DNA of 64,000 nucleotides, taken from Saprospiraceae bacterium. Its GTDB lineage: Bacteria; Bacteroidota; Bacteroidia; Chitinophagales; Saprospiraceae. The stretch is taken from NCBI GenBank assembly GCA_022841505.1, contig JALHRK010000001.1, forward strand, positions 357 through 64,356. The letters are read 5' to 3'. Position 1 is the first letter of the stretch, and every line of letters begins with the position of its first letter. The position numbers and the translations under genes are program-made. Of the stretch, positions 35,057-44,350 are shown one piece after another. The notes under the pieces are model-generated. The model ran no database searches. It saw only the letters and a program-made list of their open reading frames with translations, and was not told where the DNA came from.

Positions 35057-36349
35057 ATGACCAAATCCATCCAAAACTGGGCCGGCAACGTCCAATTCAA
35101 GCCGGAAAACTACCTGCTCCCGGAGCATCCGGACGAAATCGCAACGTATATCCGGCGCGCCGCAGAAACAGGCAAAAAAATCCGGACGGTGGGCAGCGCG
35201 CATAGCTTTTCTCCTTTGATCGAAACGCAGGACTGGCTCCTGTCATTAGATCGCTATCAGGGATTGAGCGCCGTTTCAAAAGCATCCCGAACTGCTACGG
35301 CAAAAGCGGGCACAAAGCTTTATACATTAGGTGAACTGCTGTTCCGGGAAGGGCTGGCCATGGAAAACCTCGGCGACATTGACCGGCAATCGCTTGCAGG
35401 GGCGCTGACCACAGGAACGCATGGCTCCGGCACGGGTTTTGGCATTTTAGCAACACAGGTGGAAGAACTCAGTCTGATAGACGGCCTGGGAAACCCGCAT
35501 ACTTGTTCACGAACCCAGGCTCCGGAGCTGTTCCGGGCAGCGCTGGTTTCAATGGGTTTGCTGGGGGTCATCACCGAGCTCAAATTGCGCCTGGAGCCGG
35601 CCTATCGCCTGCATTATGTGCACCGGAAAGGCAGTCTGGACGAAACCTTAGGAAATCTGGAGGATTACAAACACAACAACCGGAACTTTGAATTCTACTG
35701 GTTCCCCCATACCAAATCCGTCCAGCTAAAGTTGGTGAACCGCACGGACGATTCACCCCGCCACAACGGCACACTGCGCTGGATAAATGACGTCCTCATC
35801 GAAAATGCCGCTTTTGGGGCTTTGAGCTGCTATGCCCGCAGGTTCCCAAGCCAGGCAATGGGCATAAGCCGGCTATGCGGGAACCTTATTTCAGACGGCG
35901 AGCGGGTAGATTGGAGCCACCGCGTTTTTGCCACAACACGTTTGGTGCCTTTTGTAGAAATGGAGTACAACATTCCAACAGAAAACTTTGTTGGAGCGTT
36001 TCGTGATATGGAAACGGCCATCAACAAACACCAGTTTGCCGTTCATTTTCCGGTAGAATGCCGCTGGGCAAAAGCAGACGACCTCCTGCTTAGTCCGGCC
36101 AATGGCCGCGACAGCGCCTATATCGCCGTACACATGTATAAAGGAATGCCCTGGAAACCTTATTTTGAAACACTGGAAGCCATTTTCAAAGCGCACGGCG
36201 GCAGGCCCCATTGGGGGAAAATGAACACTTGCACAACTGAAAATTTCCAAAAAATGTACCCGGATTGGCCGCAATTTCTGGCTATCCGTGAAAAGATGGA
36301 CCCCAACCGAATTTTTATGAATTCCTATTTCGGGCAATTGATCGGCTGA
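35057..36349 (+). CDS. FAD-linked oxidase of the D-arabinono-1,4-lactone / L-gulonolactone oxidase family
   Basis: An FAD_binding_4-type N-terminus (IRTVGSAHSFSP...) and an ALO-type C-terminus (GGRPHWGKM). The longer tracked ORF (34688-) overlaps higB antisense, so the start is set at the ATG at 35057. Confidence 0.82.
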   Translation: MTKSIQNWAGNVQFKPENYLLPEHPDEIATYIRRAAETGKKIRTVGSAHSFSPLIETQDWLLSLDRYQGLSAVSKASRTATAKAGTKLYTLGELLFREGLAMENLGDIDRQSLAGALTTGTHGSGTGFGILATQVEELSLIDGLGNPHTCSRTQAPELFRAALVSMGLLGVITELKLRLEPAYRLHYVHRKGSLDETLGNLEDYKHNNRNFEFYWFPHTKSVQLKLVNRTDDSPRHNGTLRWINDVLIENAAFGALSCYARRFPSQAMGISRLCGNLISDGERVDWSHRVFATTRLVPFVEMEYNIPTENFVGAFRDMETAINKHQFAVHFPVECRWAKADDLLLSPANGRDSAYIAVHMYKGMPWKPYFETLEAIFKAHGGRPHWGKMNTCTTENFQKMYPDWPQFLAIREKMDPNRIFMNSYFGQLIG

Positions 36350-36383
36350 TGTCGGTATCTTTGCTCTTCAAATATTAATTTAG

Positions 36384-37244
36384 ATGGAACCGAGGCTCAA
36401 GATTGCCATACAAAAATCAGGTCGTTTGCAGGAAGACTCCCTGCGTTTGCTCCGCGAATGCGGCATCAGGGTGGACGACGGCAAGGACCAACTGCGAGCC
36501 CAGGCGCGCAATTTCCCTTTGGATTTACTCTATTTGCGCAATTCCGATATTCCGCAATACATCGAAGACGGGGTCGCCCACGCCGGCATTCTGGGCGAAA
36601 ACACCTGGTTGGAAAAGCAAAAAGACATCCGGTCGGTCATTTCTTTGGGATTTGCCAAATGCCGCTTGTCGGTAGCCGTTTCCAAAACGACGGAGTATCC
36701 CGGCGTGCAATGGCTGCAAGGCAAGCGCATTGCGACTTCTTATCCAAATTCCCTGCGCGCTTTTCTGGAAAAGCACCACATTGAAGCCGAAATCCATGAA
36801 ATTTCCGGATCGGTAGAAATTGCGCCCAATATTGGCCTTGCCGACGCCATCTGCGACCTGGTCAGCTCGGGCAGTACCCTGTTCCAAAATGGATTGGAAG
36901 AAAAAGAAGTTGTGCTGCGCTCGGAAGCGCACCTCTATGCGAACAAACAATTGGATCCTGCGATTGGCAGCATCCTCGATAAACTGATTTTCCGCATTCA
37001 GTCGGTGCTTGAAGCGCGGCAACACCGCTACCTGCTGATGAATGCCCCCGTTAGTTCGGTGGAGCGCATCACGCAGATTTTGCCGGGCATGAAAAGCCCG
37101 ACGGTCATGCCGTTAGCGGTAGAAGGCTGGTGCTCCATCCACACCGTTATTCCCGAAGCGCGTTTTTGGGACATCATTGATGAACTGAAAGCAAGTGGGG
37201 CACAAGGTATTTTGATCACGCCGATTGAAAAAATGATCTTATGA
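36384..37244 (+). CDS. hisG: ATP phosphoribosyltransferase (long form)
   Basis: 286 aa with LKIAIQKSGRL, DLVSSGSTL and the C-terminal regulatory domain. Confidence 0.93.
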   Translation: MEPRLKIAIQKSGRLQEDSLRLLRECGIRVDDGKDQLRAQARNFPLDLLYLRNSDIPQYIEDGVAHAGILGENTWLEKQKDIRSVISLGFAKCRLSVAVSKTTEYPGVQWLQGKRIATSYPNSLRAFLEKHHIEAEIHEISGSVEIAPNIGLADAICDLVSSGSTLFQNGLEEKEVVLRSEAHLYANKQLDPAIGSILDKLIFRIQSVLEARQHRYLLMNAPVSSVERITQILPGMKSPTVMPLAVEGWCSIHTVIPEARFWDIIDELKASGAQGILITPIEKMIL

Positions 37245-38527
37245 ACCCGTATATTTTGCCTGAACGGAGCGACTGGCCAAGCCTTATACGTCGTCCGACG
37301 ATGGATACCGCTTCTTTGGAAACGGTTGTTGACAGTATCCTGCAAGCCGTAAAGGAGGAAGGTGATGTAGCTGTAAAACGCTATACCCAACAATTCGATC
37401 AGGCCGAAATTACGGTGCTTGCAGTGAGCGAATCAGAATTCTTAGCGGCTGAACAGGCGTTGGAAGAAGACCTGAAAGCTGCTATCCGCCTTGCAAAAGA
37501 CAACATCGAGCGCTTCCATGTCCGGCAACACGACACGGTGGAGGTCATAGAAACCATGCCTGGCGTGCGCTGCTGGCGAAAAAGTATGCCGATCGAAAAA
37601 GTAGGCCTTTACATTCCAGGGGGCACGGCGCCGTTGTTTTCGACGGTTCTGATGCTGGGCGTACCCGCAGCATTGGCCGGGTGCAACGAGGTGGTCTTGT
37701 GTTCCCCCCCACGAACCGACGGCTCCATTCATCCGGCAATTCTGTACGCTGCCCGGCTGGCTGGTATTCGCAGCGTTTTTAAAGTCGGCGGCGTGCAGGC
37801 CATTGGCGCCATGGCTTTTGGCACGGAGAGCATCCCGGCAGTTTATAAAATATTCGGGCCGGGTAATCAGTACGTTACCTGCGCCAAACAATTGGTGCAG
37901 CGCAGCCGCGTCAGCATTGACCTTCCAGCCGGCCCTTCAGAAGTCCTGGTTTGTGCCGACCACACAGCAAACCCTGAATTTGTTGCCGCTGATCTGTTGT
38001 CGCAAGCTGAACACGGCGCCGACAGCCAGGTCGTGTTGGTTGCTTTTGAAGAAACCTTCGTACAGCAAGTGCTGGCAGCCATCGAACAACAATTGGAATC
38101 CCTGCCACGCCGCGATATCGCACAGGCAGCTATGGCCAATAGTGTAGCTGTTGTTTTAAAAAACCGTTCAGATGCCACGGACTTCATCAATGCCTACGCC
38201 CCGGAGCACTTGATCCTGTCGGTGGAAGATGCCAGCGCATTTTCAGCAGGCATTGCCAACGCCGGTTCGGTTTTTCTCGGGCATTATACCCCGGAATCCG
38301 CCGGCGATTATGCCTCCGGCACCAATCACACCCTGCCAACCAACGGGTATGCCCGCACATACAGCGGCGTTTCGCTCGATTCTTTTGTAAAAAAGATCAC
38401 TTTCCAGGAAATCACCCGCGAAGGATTAGAATTACTCGGCCCTTCGGTGATGTGCATGGCCGAAGCGGAAGCGTTGGTCGGGCATAGCCGGGCAGTAGGG
38501 ATTAGAATTGGGAATACAACTCCATGA
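37241..38527 (+). CDS. hisD: histidinol dehydrogenase
   Basis: 428 aa with IPGGTAPLFSTVLM, AGPSEVLV, SQAEHG and PEHL. Its start overlaps the hisG stop (ATGA). Confidence 0.95.
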   Translation: MNPYILPERSDWPSLIRRPTMDTASLETVVDSILQAVKEEGDVAVKRYTQQFDQAEITVLAVSESEFLAAEQALEEDLKAAIRLAKDNIERFHVRQHDTVEVIETMPGVRCWRKSMPIEKVGLYIPGGTAPLFSTVLMLGVPAALAGCNEVVLCSPPRTDGSIHPAILYAARLAGIRSVFKVGGVQAIGAMAFGTESIPAVYKIFGPGNQYVTCAKQLVQRSRVSIDLPAGPSEVLVCADHTANPEFVAADLLSQAEHGADSQVVLVAFEETFVQQVLAAIEQQLESLPRRDIAQAAMANSVAVVLKNRSDATDFINAYAPEHLILSVEDASAFSAGIANAGSVFLGHYTPESAGDYASGTNHTLPTNGYARTYSGVSLDSFVKKITFQEITREGLELLGPSVMCMAEAEALVGHSRAVGIRIGNTTP

Positions 38528-39165
38528 CTACATTTATAGAAGGCGTGCAAATCGGCCTCCTCCTCAGCATTTTGGCAGGTCCTTTGCTCTTTGCATTACT
38601 GCAGGCAGGTATTGAACGGGGCACACGCGGAGGATTTAGTGTGGCTTTGGGCATCTGGATCAGCGACTGGCTATTTATTGCTGCCTTGCTTTGGGGGTTT
38701 TCTTTTTTAAATGAACTGAGTTCGAATCCCAGTTTCCGGTTTTGGATAACGCTGTTGGGCGCTTTTACGCTTGGCGGTAGCGGAGTAAGTATGTTACTTT
38801 CCAAAAAAACGCCCGAGCCCGATAATTTTTCTCCTTCCCGGAAAACAGATATCCAATTATTTATCAAAGGTTTTTTGATCAATACGATCAACCCGTTTAC
38901 TGTTTTTTTCTGGATGGGCGCTATTGGCGCAATGGCTGTTCAGAAGGCGTTTTTGCCCGGTGACTTGTGGACCCTCTGCTTGGGCATTATGTTGACGATC
39001 ATGCTGGCCGACTCCGCAAAAGTCTTATTCGCCAAAGCGATCCGGCATTTTTTAAGTCCAAACCACATCGTTTGGCTTCGTCGAATTTCCGGAATGGCTT
39101 TGTTGGGCTTTGGGCTTTGGTTGTTTGGGCAAATCCTTTTTTTCAATGCAACAGCGTTGCAGTAA
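38524..39165 (+). CDS. LysE/RhtB-family amino-acid exporter
   Basis: 213 aa with 5-6 TM segments and the typical N-terminus (GLLLSILAGPLLFALLQ). Its start overlaps the hisD stop (ATGA). Confidence 0.8.
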   Translation: MTTFIEGVQIGLLLSILAGPLLFALLQAGIERGTRGGFSVALGIWISDWLFIAALLWGFSFLNELSSNPSFRFWITLLGAFTLGGSGVSMLLSKKTPEPDNFSPSRKTDIQLFIKGFLINTINPFTVFFWMGAIGAMAVQKAFLPGDLWTLCLGIMLTIMLADSAKVLFAKAIRHFLSPNHIVWLRRISGMALLGFGLWLFGQILFFNATALQ

Positions 39166-39315
39166 AGCAGCGAAACACGTTGGTTCTGCGTCATTATATT
39201 AGGTCTCGCACTGTTAGGTGCGAATCCTTTTTTGTCATACTGAACGTTGCAAATCATGTGATTAAGCTGAAGGCAATGCGCTAAGCTAAGCAACGTGAAG
39301 TATAAAAGCCGAACC

Positions 39316-39852
39316 ATGCCAGGAAAACATTACCTCTTGCTGCTTGCGTGCAGCCTGCTCCTTTTTGGTTGCAGAGATTTTGCGCTGACCGATATTCCGG
39401 AACAGACGCAAGGATTGGCGCCTGTCTATTTGCCTTTAGATTGGCAGGATGTGAAAACCGAACCGGAAAAAACCATAAGCACGCCCGTTCAGGTGATTCG
39501 CCGCGAAGGCTATCTGTTTGTGCTGGACGACCGAAAAGGCATTCACATTATTGACCATACTCAGACTGACCTTCTGAATAAGATTGGTTTTTTGAAAGTT
39601 CCTGGCTGTAAAAAAATGGCCCTTCATGGCGCGTATCTCTATGTCAACAACTTCCAGGACTTGCTCATTTTTGAAATCGGCTCTGGCGCTGTCTTTACCT
39701 TGAAAAAGCGACTTGATAATGCTTTTGAGATGGATTTTGACAGCAATTTCCCTTCACACCATCGTGGCTTTTTTGAATGTGTTGACGACGAACGCGGCCC
39801 GGTCATTGATTGGGAGGATGCACTGCTTGTAAGCCCTGAATGCTGGAGATAA
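39316..39852 (+). CDS. hypothetical lipoprotein (LVIVD-repeat-like)
   Basis: Lipobox LLLFGC, plus segments such as GYLFVLDDRKGIHIID and GAYLYVNNFQDLLIFEI that resemble LVIVD beta-propeller repeats. Confidence 0.5.
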   Translation: MPGKHYLLLLACSLLLFGCRDFALTDIPEQTQGLAPVYLPLDWQDVKTEPEKTISTPVQVIRREGYLFVLDDRKGIHIIDHTQTDLLNKIGFLKVPGCKKMALHGAYLYVNNFQDLLIFEIGSGAVFTLKKRLDNAFEMDFDSNFPSHHRGFFECVDDERGPVIDWEDALLVSPECWR

Positions 39853-39887
39853 GCGCCTGTTTCTTATCCCTTTAAATTCACTACCTT

Positions 39888-40634
39888 ATGAAAAAGCTAT
39901 TTTTTTTACTGTTTGCCTATTTTACTTTTACCCAACTTTCTTGCCCTGAAATTGATGAGACGCCCTGGGATTGGTTTTCACGTCTATCTTATGATTTCGA
40001 CATCCAGGATGACAAGCTCTACCTCGCCAATACCCGCAACATCCGGTCGTTTGAGTTGACCGATCCGATCGCACCGGCTTTAACGGGCGCAGCGTTCACT
40101 GAAAACGGGGTATTCCAGGTGGAGGCGACACCAGGGTATTGCGCCGTTACAGGCAATTTTACAAGCCTGGTATTTCCACTAAATGTGAATGGCATACCCG
40201 AAACACCATTGGAAACCCAGCTTTTTGATGGCTGTTTGCCGGTTGTCTCCCATGCCGGGTATTTTTTTTCACTGGAAAACATCACAGCAGGTTGCCGCAA
40301 TCCTTCATTCGCACAAGGCAGCATGGTTCGTATCATCCCTGTATCAAATCCACTTCCCGAACAAACAATGATTAAGACGATATCACTTGCCGATCCCCGG
40401 GACGTAGCAATTCAGGGCGATCTGCTTTTTATTGCGGACGGATTAAGTGGGCTAAAGGTGTTTTCAATTGCTGACCTTGACCAAATACAACTGCTGTCGC
40501 ACCGCAGTGATCTGATTGCTACCCGGGTTCAGGTGGGCGAAAACCGGCTCACCGTCGTAAGCGAAAACCGGGTTTTGGTTTTCGATTATTCGAATCCGGC
40601 AGCCCTTCACTTGTTGGCAGAAATGCCGTTTTGA
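39888..40634 (+). CDS. LVIVD repeat-containing protein
   Basis: Signal peptide, then repeats such as DDKLYLANTRNIRSFEL, GDLLFIADGLSGLKVFSI and ENRLTVVSENRVLVFD. Confidence 0.55.
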   Translation: MKKLFFLLFAYFTFTQLSCPEIDETPWDWFSRLSYDFDIQDDKLYLANTRNIRSFELTDPIAPALTGAAFTENGVFQVEATPGYCAVTGNFTSLVFPLNVNGIPETPLETQLFDGCLPVVSHAGYFFSLENITAGCRNPSFAQGSMVRIIPVSNPLPEQTMIKTISLADPRDVAIQGDLLFIADGLSGLKVFSIADLDQIQLLSHRSDLIATRVQVGENRLTVVSENRVLVFDYSNPAALHLLAEMPF

Positions 40635-40638
40635 AGCT

Positions 40639-41343
40639 TTGATAATGAGGTATAAAATATCCAAAGCCATGCGCCACACCTGCCTTTTTATTGCTTTTGC
40701 CTGGTACTTTCCCTTTGTTGCATTTGCACAACACGCGGATAGTACGGGAGCCGCTCCCCGGCTGATGTTAAAAGCCTCGATCGGCGATTTAATCGGCACA
40801 CAATATTCGAGAGTCCATCTATCCGCAGCCTGGCGGATGACGCCCCGACAATACGTGGAGGTCGGCGGCGGCAGACTCATTCCGTTTGGTATAGCTGCCC
40901 ACAAAGTTGCGTGGAATGATTTTTCCGGGTATACATTTGAGGCGTCTTACCGGCTTTTCACAAGACCCCTGACCAGCGTCAACATTCGTCCGTCATGGTG
41001 GCTGGCTGGCGGCATAGCTTACCAGGAACTGGAAGGAAACATCAGCGGGGATTTCAGCCGCCAGGATCAAAACTATTCGCAGCGCCTGGAATACGATGTG
41101 AAGGATCAGCGCACTGGCGGCAAAGTAAGTGCAGGCCTTTTGTTTTTTTTGGGGAAAAATTTGACGCTGGATTGGGGGATTTCATTTTTTATTTTTGACC
41201 GGCAGTGGGCATTCAGCGAATTGCCCGAAGATGTTGTGTTTCTTAAAAATGGCTCGCGCCACTGGCGTTATAGCCATCAACCAAACAGGAAAACAGAAGC
41301 GCGAGGTGCTATGATTTTGAAGGTCGGGTGGGTATTTTATTAG
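40639..41343 (+). CDS. hypothetical outer-membrane beta-barrel-like protein
   Basis: Signal peptide, alternating hydrophobic pattern and an aromatic C-terminus (VGWVFY). Confidence 0.45.
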   Translation: MIMRYKISKAMRHTCLFIAFAWYFPFVAFAQHADSTGAAPRLMLKASIGDLIGTQYSRVHLSAAWRMTPRQYVEVGGGRLIPFGIAAHKVAWNDFSGYTFEASYRLFTRPLTSVNIRPSWWLAGGIAYQELEGNISGDFSRQDQNYSQRLEYDVKDQRTGGKVSAGLLFFLGKNLTLDWGISFFIFDRQWAFSELPEDVVFLKNGSRHWRYSHQPNRKTEARGAMILKVGWVFY

Positions 41344-41444
41344 GAGCAAGGCAGCAATTAAGCAATCAGAATGGCTTATTGTTCCCGCAAAAAAAGCGAT
41401 TATTGCATCAAAATTTGATCAGCATGCAAACCTCCGCACCCGGT

Positions 41445-42209
41445 ATGAAAATCATCACCTATAATCTCAACGGCATCCGTTCGGCCCTTTCAAAAGGGTT
41501 CATTGATTGGGTGCGCGCCAACGATTTTGACATCATCTGCATTCAGGAAACCAAAGCCCAGGAAGGGCAATTCGACCGGTCTGAATTTGAGGAACTGGGC
41601 TACCATCATTATTGGTTTGACGCAGAAAAAAAAGGGTACAGCGGCGTAGCTGTCCTGACCCGAATCAAACCAGACCAGGTCATCAAGGGCTGTGGGATTG
41701 ATGCCTATGATAGAGAAGGCCGGATCATCCGCTTAGACTTTGGCGACTGGACGCTGCTCAACTGTTATTTTCCTTCAGGCACCACCGGCGATGCGCGTCA
41801 GGATTTCAAAATGGAATTCTTAGATAATTTTTATAACTGGGTTGAAGCGTTAAAAAAAGAGCGCCCCAAGCTCATCGTCGTAGGCGACTACAACATCGCG
41901 CATACCGAAAAAGACATTCACGACCCGGTGGGCAATAAAAAATCATCCGGCTTCCTGCCCGAAGAACGGGCCTGGATGACCAAGTGGTTCAGCAATGGCT
42001 TCACGGACGCTTTCCGCTACCTCAATCCCGACAAAGTTGAATACAGCTGGTGGAGTTTTCGCTTTAATGCCCGTGCCAACAATAAGGGCTGGCGCATTGA
42101 TTATTTATCGGTTACCGATAACCTGCGCGATCGCCTCCGCGCTTCCGATCATAAGATGAGTGTGGTGCATTCCGATCATTGTGCGGTGTTTTTAGAGCTA
42201 GCAGATTAG
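41445..42209 (+). CDS. xth: exodeoxyribonuclease III
   Basis: 254 aa from the ATG at 41445, with MKIITYNLNGIRS, ICIQETK, GDYNIAH, the WWSFR-type motif and SDHCAV. Confidence 0.9.
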   Translation: MKIITYNLNGIRSALSKGFIDWVRANDFDIICIQETKAQEGQFDRSEFEELGYHHYWFDAEKKGYSGVAVLTRIKPDQVIKGCGIDAYDREGRIIRLDFGDWTLLNCYFPSGTTGDARQDFKMEFLDNFYNWVEALKKERPKLIVVGDYNIAHTEKDIHDPVGNKKSSGFLPEERAWMTKWFSNGFTDAFRYLNPDKVEYSWWSFRFNARANNKGWRIDYLSVTDNLRDRLRASDHKMSVVHSDHCAVFLELAD

Positions 42210-42211
42210 TA

Positions 42212-42290
42212 TCTGTCCGGGCGGAGCCCGAAGAATAGTACACGCGAGGCGGAGCCATCACGCGAGCGTACAGAACTATAAAAACAGACG
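42212..42290. repeat. family C palindromic element (GGAGCC / CGCGAG core with TGTCTGT...ACAGAC-like ends)
   Basis: Its reverse complement aligns over about 80 nt with 50263-50353 (GTACGCTCGCG.GATGGCTCCGCCTCGCGTG...CGGGCTCCGCC). It exactly fills the convergent xth/panC gap. Confidence 0.7.
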
Positions 42291-43145
42291 CTATTTAAGC
42301 GTCATGTTATCAATCAGCCGCACGCCTTCCAACCACGCAGCTACGCACGCTACCACTTGGGGCGCTTCCAGCATGGTCTGTACAGGCTGCAGGGTTTCGG
42401 AGTTCACTATTTCAAAATATTCGGGTTCGAATCCGGCATCTGAAAGAGCGGTCATCGCTTCCCGGCTGATTTCACCCGGAAGGGTTCCGTTCATGGCCTT
42501 GCTTTGGGCTGCCACCAGTGTTTGATAGATGACAGAGCCTAGTCTGCGCCCCTCGGGAGAAAGGCGCACATTGCGTGAACTCATGGCCAATCCGTCTGCT
42601 TCGCGTACGGTGGGCACCACGACCAACTGCACCGGAAATCCGGTGACGCGGATGAGATGCCGAACGATAGCCACCTGTTGAAAATCTTTTTGCCCCATGT
42701 AGAGCTGCCCGGGGTCAACAAGGTCTAGCAAACGCTTCACCACCTGGGCAACCCCTTTGAAATGTCCAGGGCGAAAAAGCCCTTCCATGACCTCGTCAAG
42801 GCCTTCAAAATCAATTTCAAAGTCGGGAATGGCGCCTGGCGGATAAATTTCTTCGACTTCCGGCATGAAAATCACATCGCATCCAACCTTCGCGAGCAAT
42901 GCTGCGTCTTTTTCAGGTGTCCGGGGATACTTGTCCAGGTCTGAAAGATCGTTGAACTGGGTGGGATTGACAAAAATGCTGCATACGGTGTAGCATCCGT
43001 CGGCCTGAGCGGCGCGGATGAGTGCCAAATGGCCTTCATGCAAAGCCCCCATCGTGGGTATGAACCCGATGGCATTGCTACGACGTTCCCGCAGGATCGT
43101 TTTTAAATGGCTCCGGAGATCGGCAGCTTTTTGAAAAATATGCAT
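42291..43145 (-). CDS. panC: pantoate--beta-alanine ligase
   Basis: 284 aa with PTMGALHEGHLAL, FVNPTQF and GQKDFQQ. Confidence 0.95.
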   Translation of the reverse strand: MHIFQKAADLRSHLKTILRERRSNAIGFIPTMGALHEGHLALIRAAQADGCYTVCSIFVNPTQFNDLSDLDKYPRTPEKDAALLAKVGCDVIFMPEVEEIYPPGAIPDFEIDFEGLDEVMEGLFRPGHFKGVAQVVKRLLDLVDPGQLYMGQKDFQQVAIVRHLIRVTGFPVQLVVVPTVREADGLAMSSRNVRLSPEGRRLGSVIYQTLVAAQSKAMNGTLPGEISREAMTALSDAGFEPEYFEIVNSETLQPVQTMLEAPQVVACVAAWLEGVRLIDNMTLK

Positions 43146-43435
43146 TGTTTTCTGATGCTTTGATAGCGGCTCAAATATAGACGTTTCCTCAACAAATGTG
43201 TCCTGGAAATGGGAAATGAGCCAGTAACAAGTTCATTGAAATCCTTTTTGATTGAAAGTCTTTGAAAAATAGCGGAGTGTGCATTTTTTTTTGTTAATTT
43301 TGCGTCCCGTTCATTGACCATAGTAGTTACATGTTCAGCCCGTTGGCGTGTATTGGTAAATAGCCCGGTTGTACCAGGCCTTTCAGAATCACCCGGAGCT
43401 GCTATGTGGATAAACTGTATAAACCACTGCGCTGT

Positions 43436-44242
43436 ATGAGCAAAAAGAGAGTGCTGATCGTGACCCAGGAGATGGAACCCTACACCGATCTTTCCGCAAT
43501 CGCAGAAATTTCCCGCAAATTGCCGCAGTATATTCAGGAGAAAGGTATGGAAATTCGCGTGTTGATGCCCCGTTTTGGCGTCATCAACGAGCGTCGCCAT
43601 CGGCTCCATGAAGTAGTTAGGCTATCGGGTATGAATATCATCGTAGATGACGATGATTTTCCCCTTATTATTAAGGTCGCTTCCCTGCAGGAAGCCAGGA
43701 TGCAAGTTTATTTCTTAGACAATGACGATTTTTTTCGTCGCAAGTCCACCTTCGAAAGCGAAGAAGGAACGCCCTACGAAGACAATCCAGACCGGATGGT
43801 TTTCTTTTGCAAAGGCGTAATCGAAACCGTTAAGAAATTTGGATGGGCGCCGGACATCATACATTGCCACGGCTGGATGACCAGCCTTATTCCCTTGTAT
43901 CTCAAGACGGCTTACAAAACCGAACCTTTGTTCCAAAACTCAAAAGTCATTTATTCGATGTACGACAGTCCGTTCGATCAAATGTACTCGGATAAGTTTT
44001 TGGCCAAAGCTTCGATCAATAACCTTACACCCGGCGATCTGGCCAGCTACCAGAATGGTTCCGGCGTTACGTTGCACAAAGGGGCGATTGCCTATTCTGA
44101 TGCGGTGATTGTAGGGAGTGCTTCCGTTGGCGACACCGTGCCTCCAACAGACAAACCTTTATTGCCTTTTCAGGAAGCCGATTATTTAAGCGCCTACCTG
44201 GAGTTTTACAACACGCTTTTAGCCGAAAATGAGCCTGCGTAA
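43436..44242 (+). CDS. short glycogen/starch synthase-like protein (Glyco_transf_5 N-terminal domain only)
   Basis: VLIVTQEMEPY...MPRFG... is typical of the ~270-aa Bacteroidota glycogen-synthase-like proteins found next to panC. Confidence 0.75.
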   Translation: MSKKRVLIVTQEMEPYTDLSAIAEISRKLPQYIQEKGMEIRVLMPRFGVINERRHRLHEVVRLSGMNIIVDDDDFPLIIKVASLQEARMQVYFLDNDDFFRRKSTFESEEGTPYEDNPDRMVFFCKGVIETVKKFGWAPDIIHCHGWMTSLIPLYLKTAYKTEPLFQNSKVIYSMYDSPFDQMYSDKFLAKASINNLTPGDLASYQNGSGVTLHKGAIAYSDAVIVGSASVGDTVPPTDKPLLPFQEADYLSAYLEFYNTLLAENEPA

Positions 44243-44350
44243 GTGTTGCGTACCCGGCTCAACATTTTCCCTTGACAGGCTTACCTGCCTTTTGATGTCT
44301 CTGATGTCAAAAGGCAGCTCTATTTACTAATTTTCAACCTTAAAAATAAC

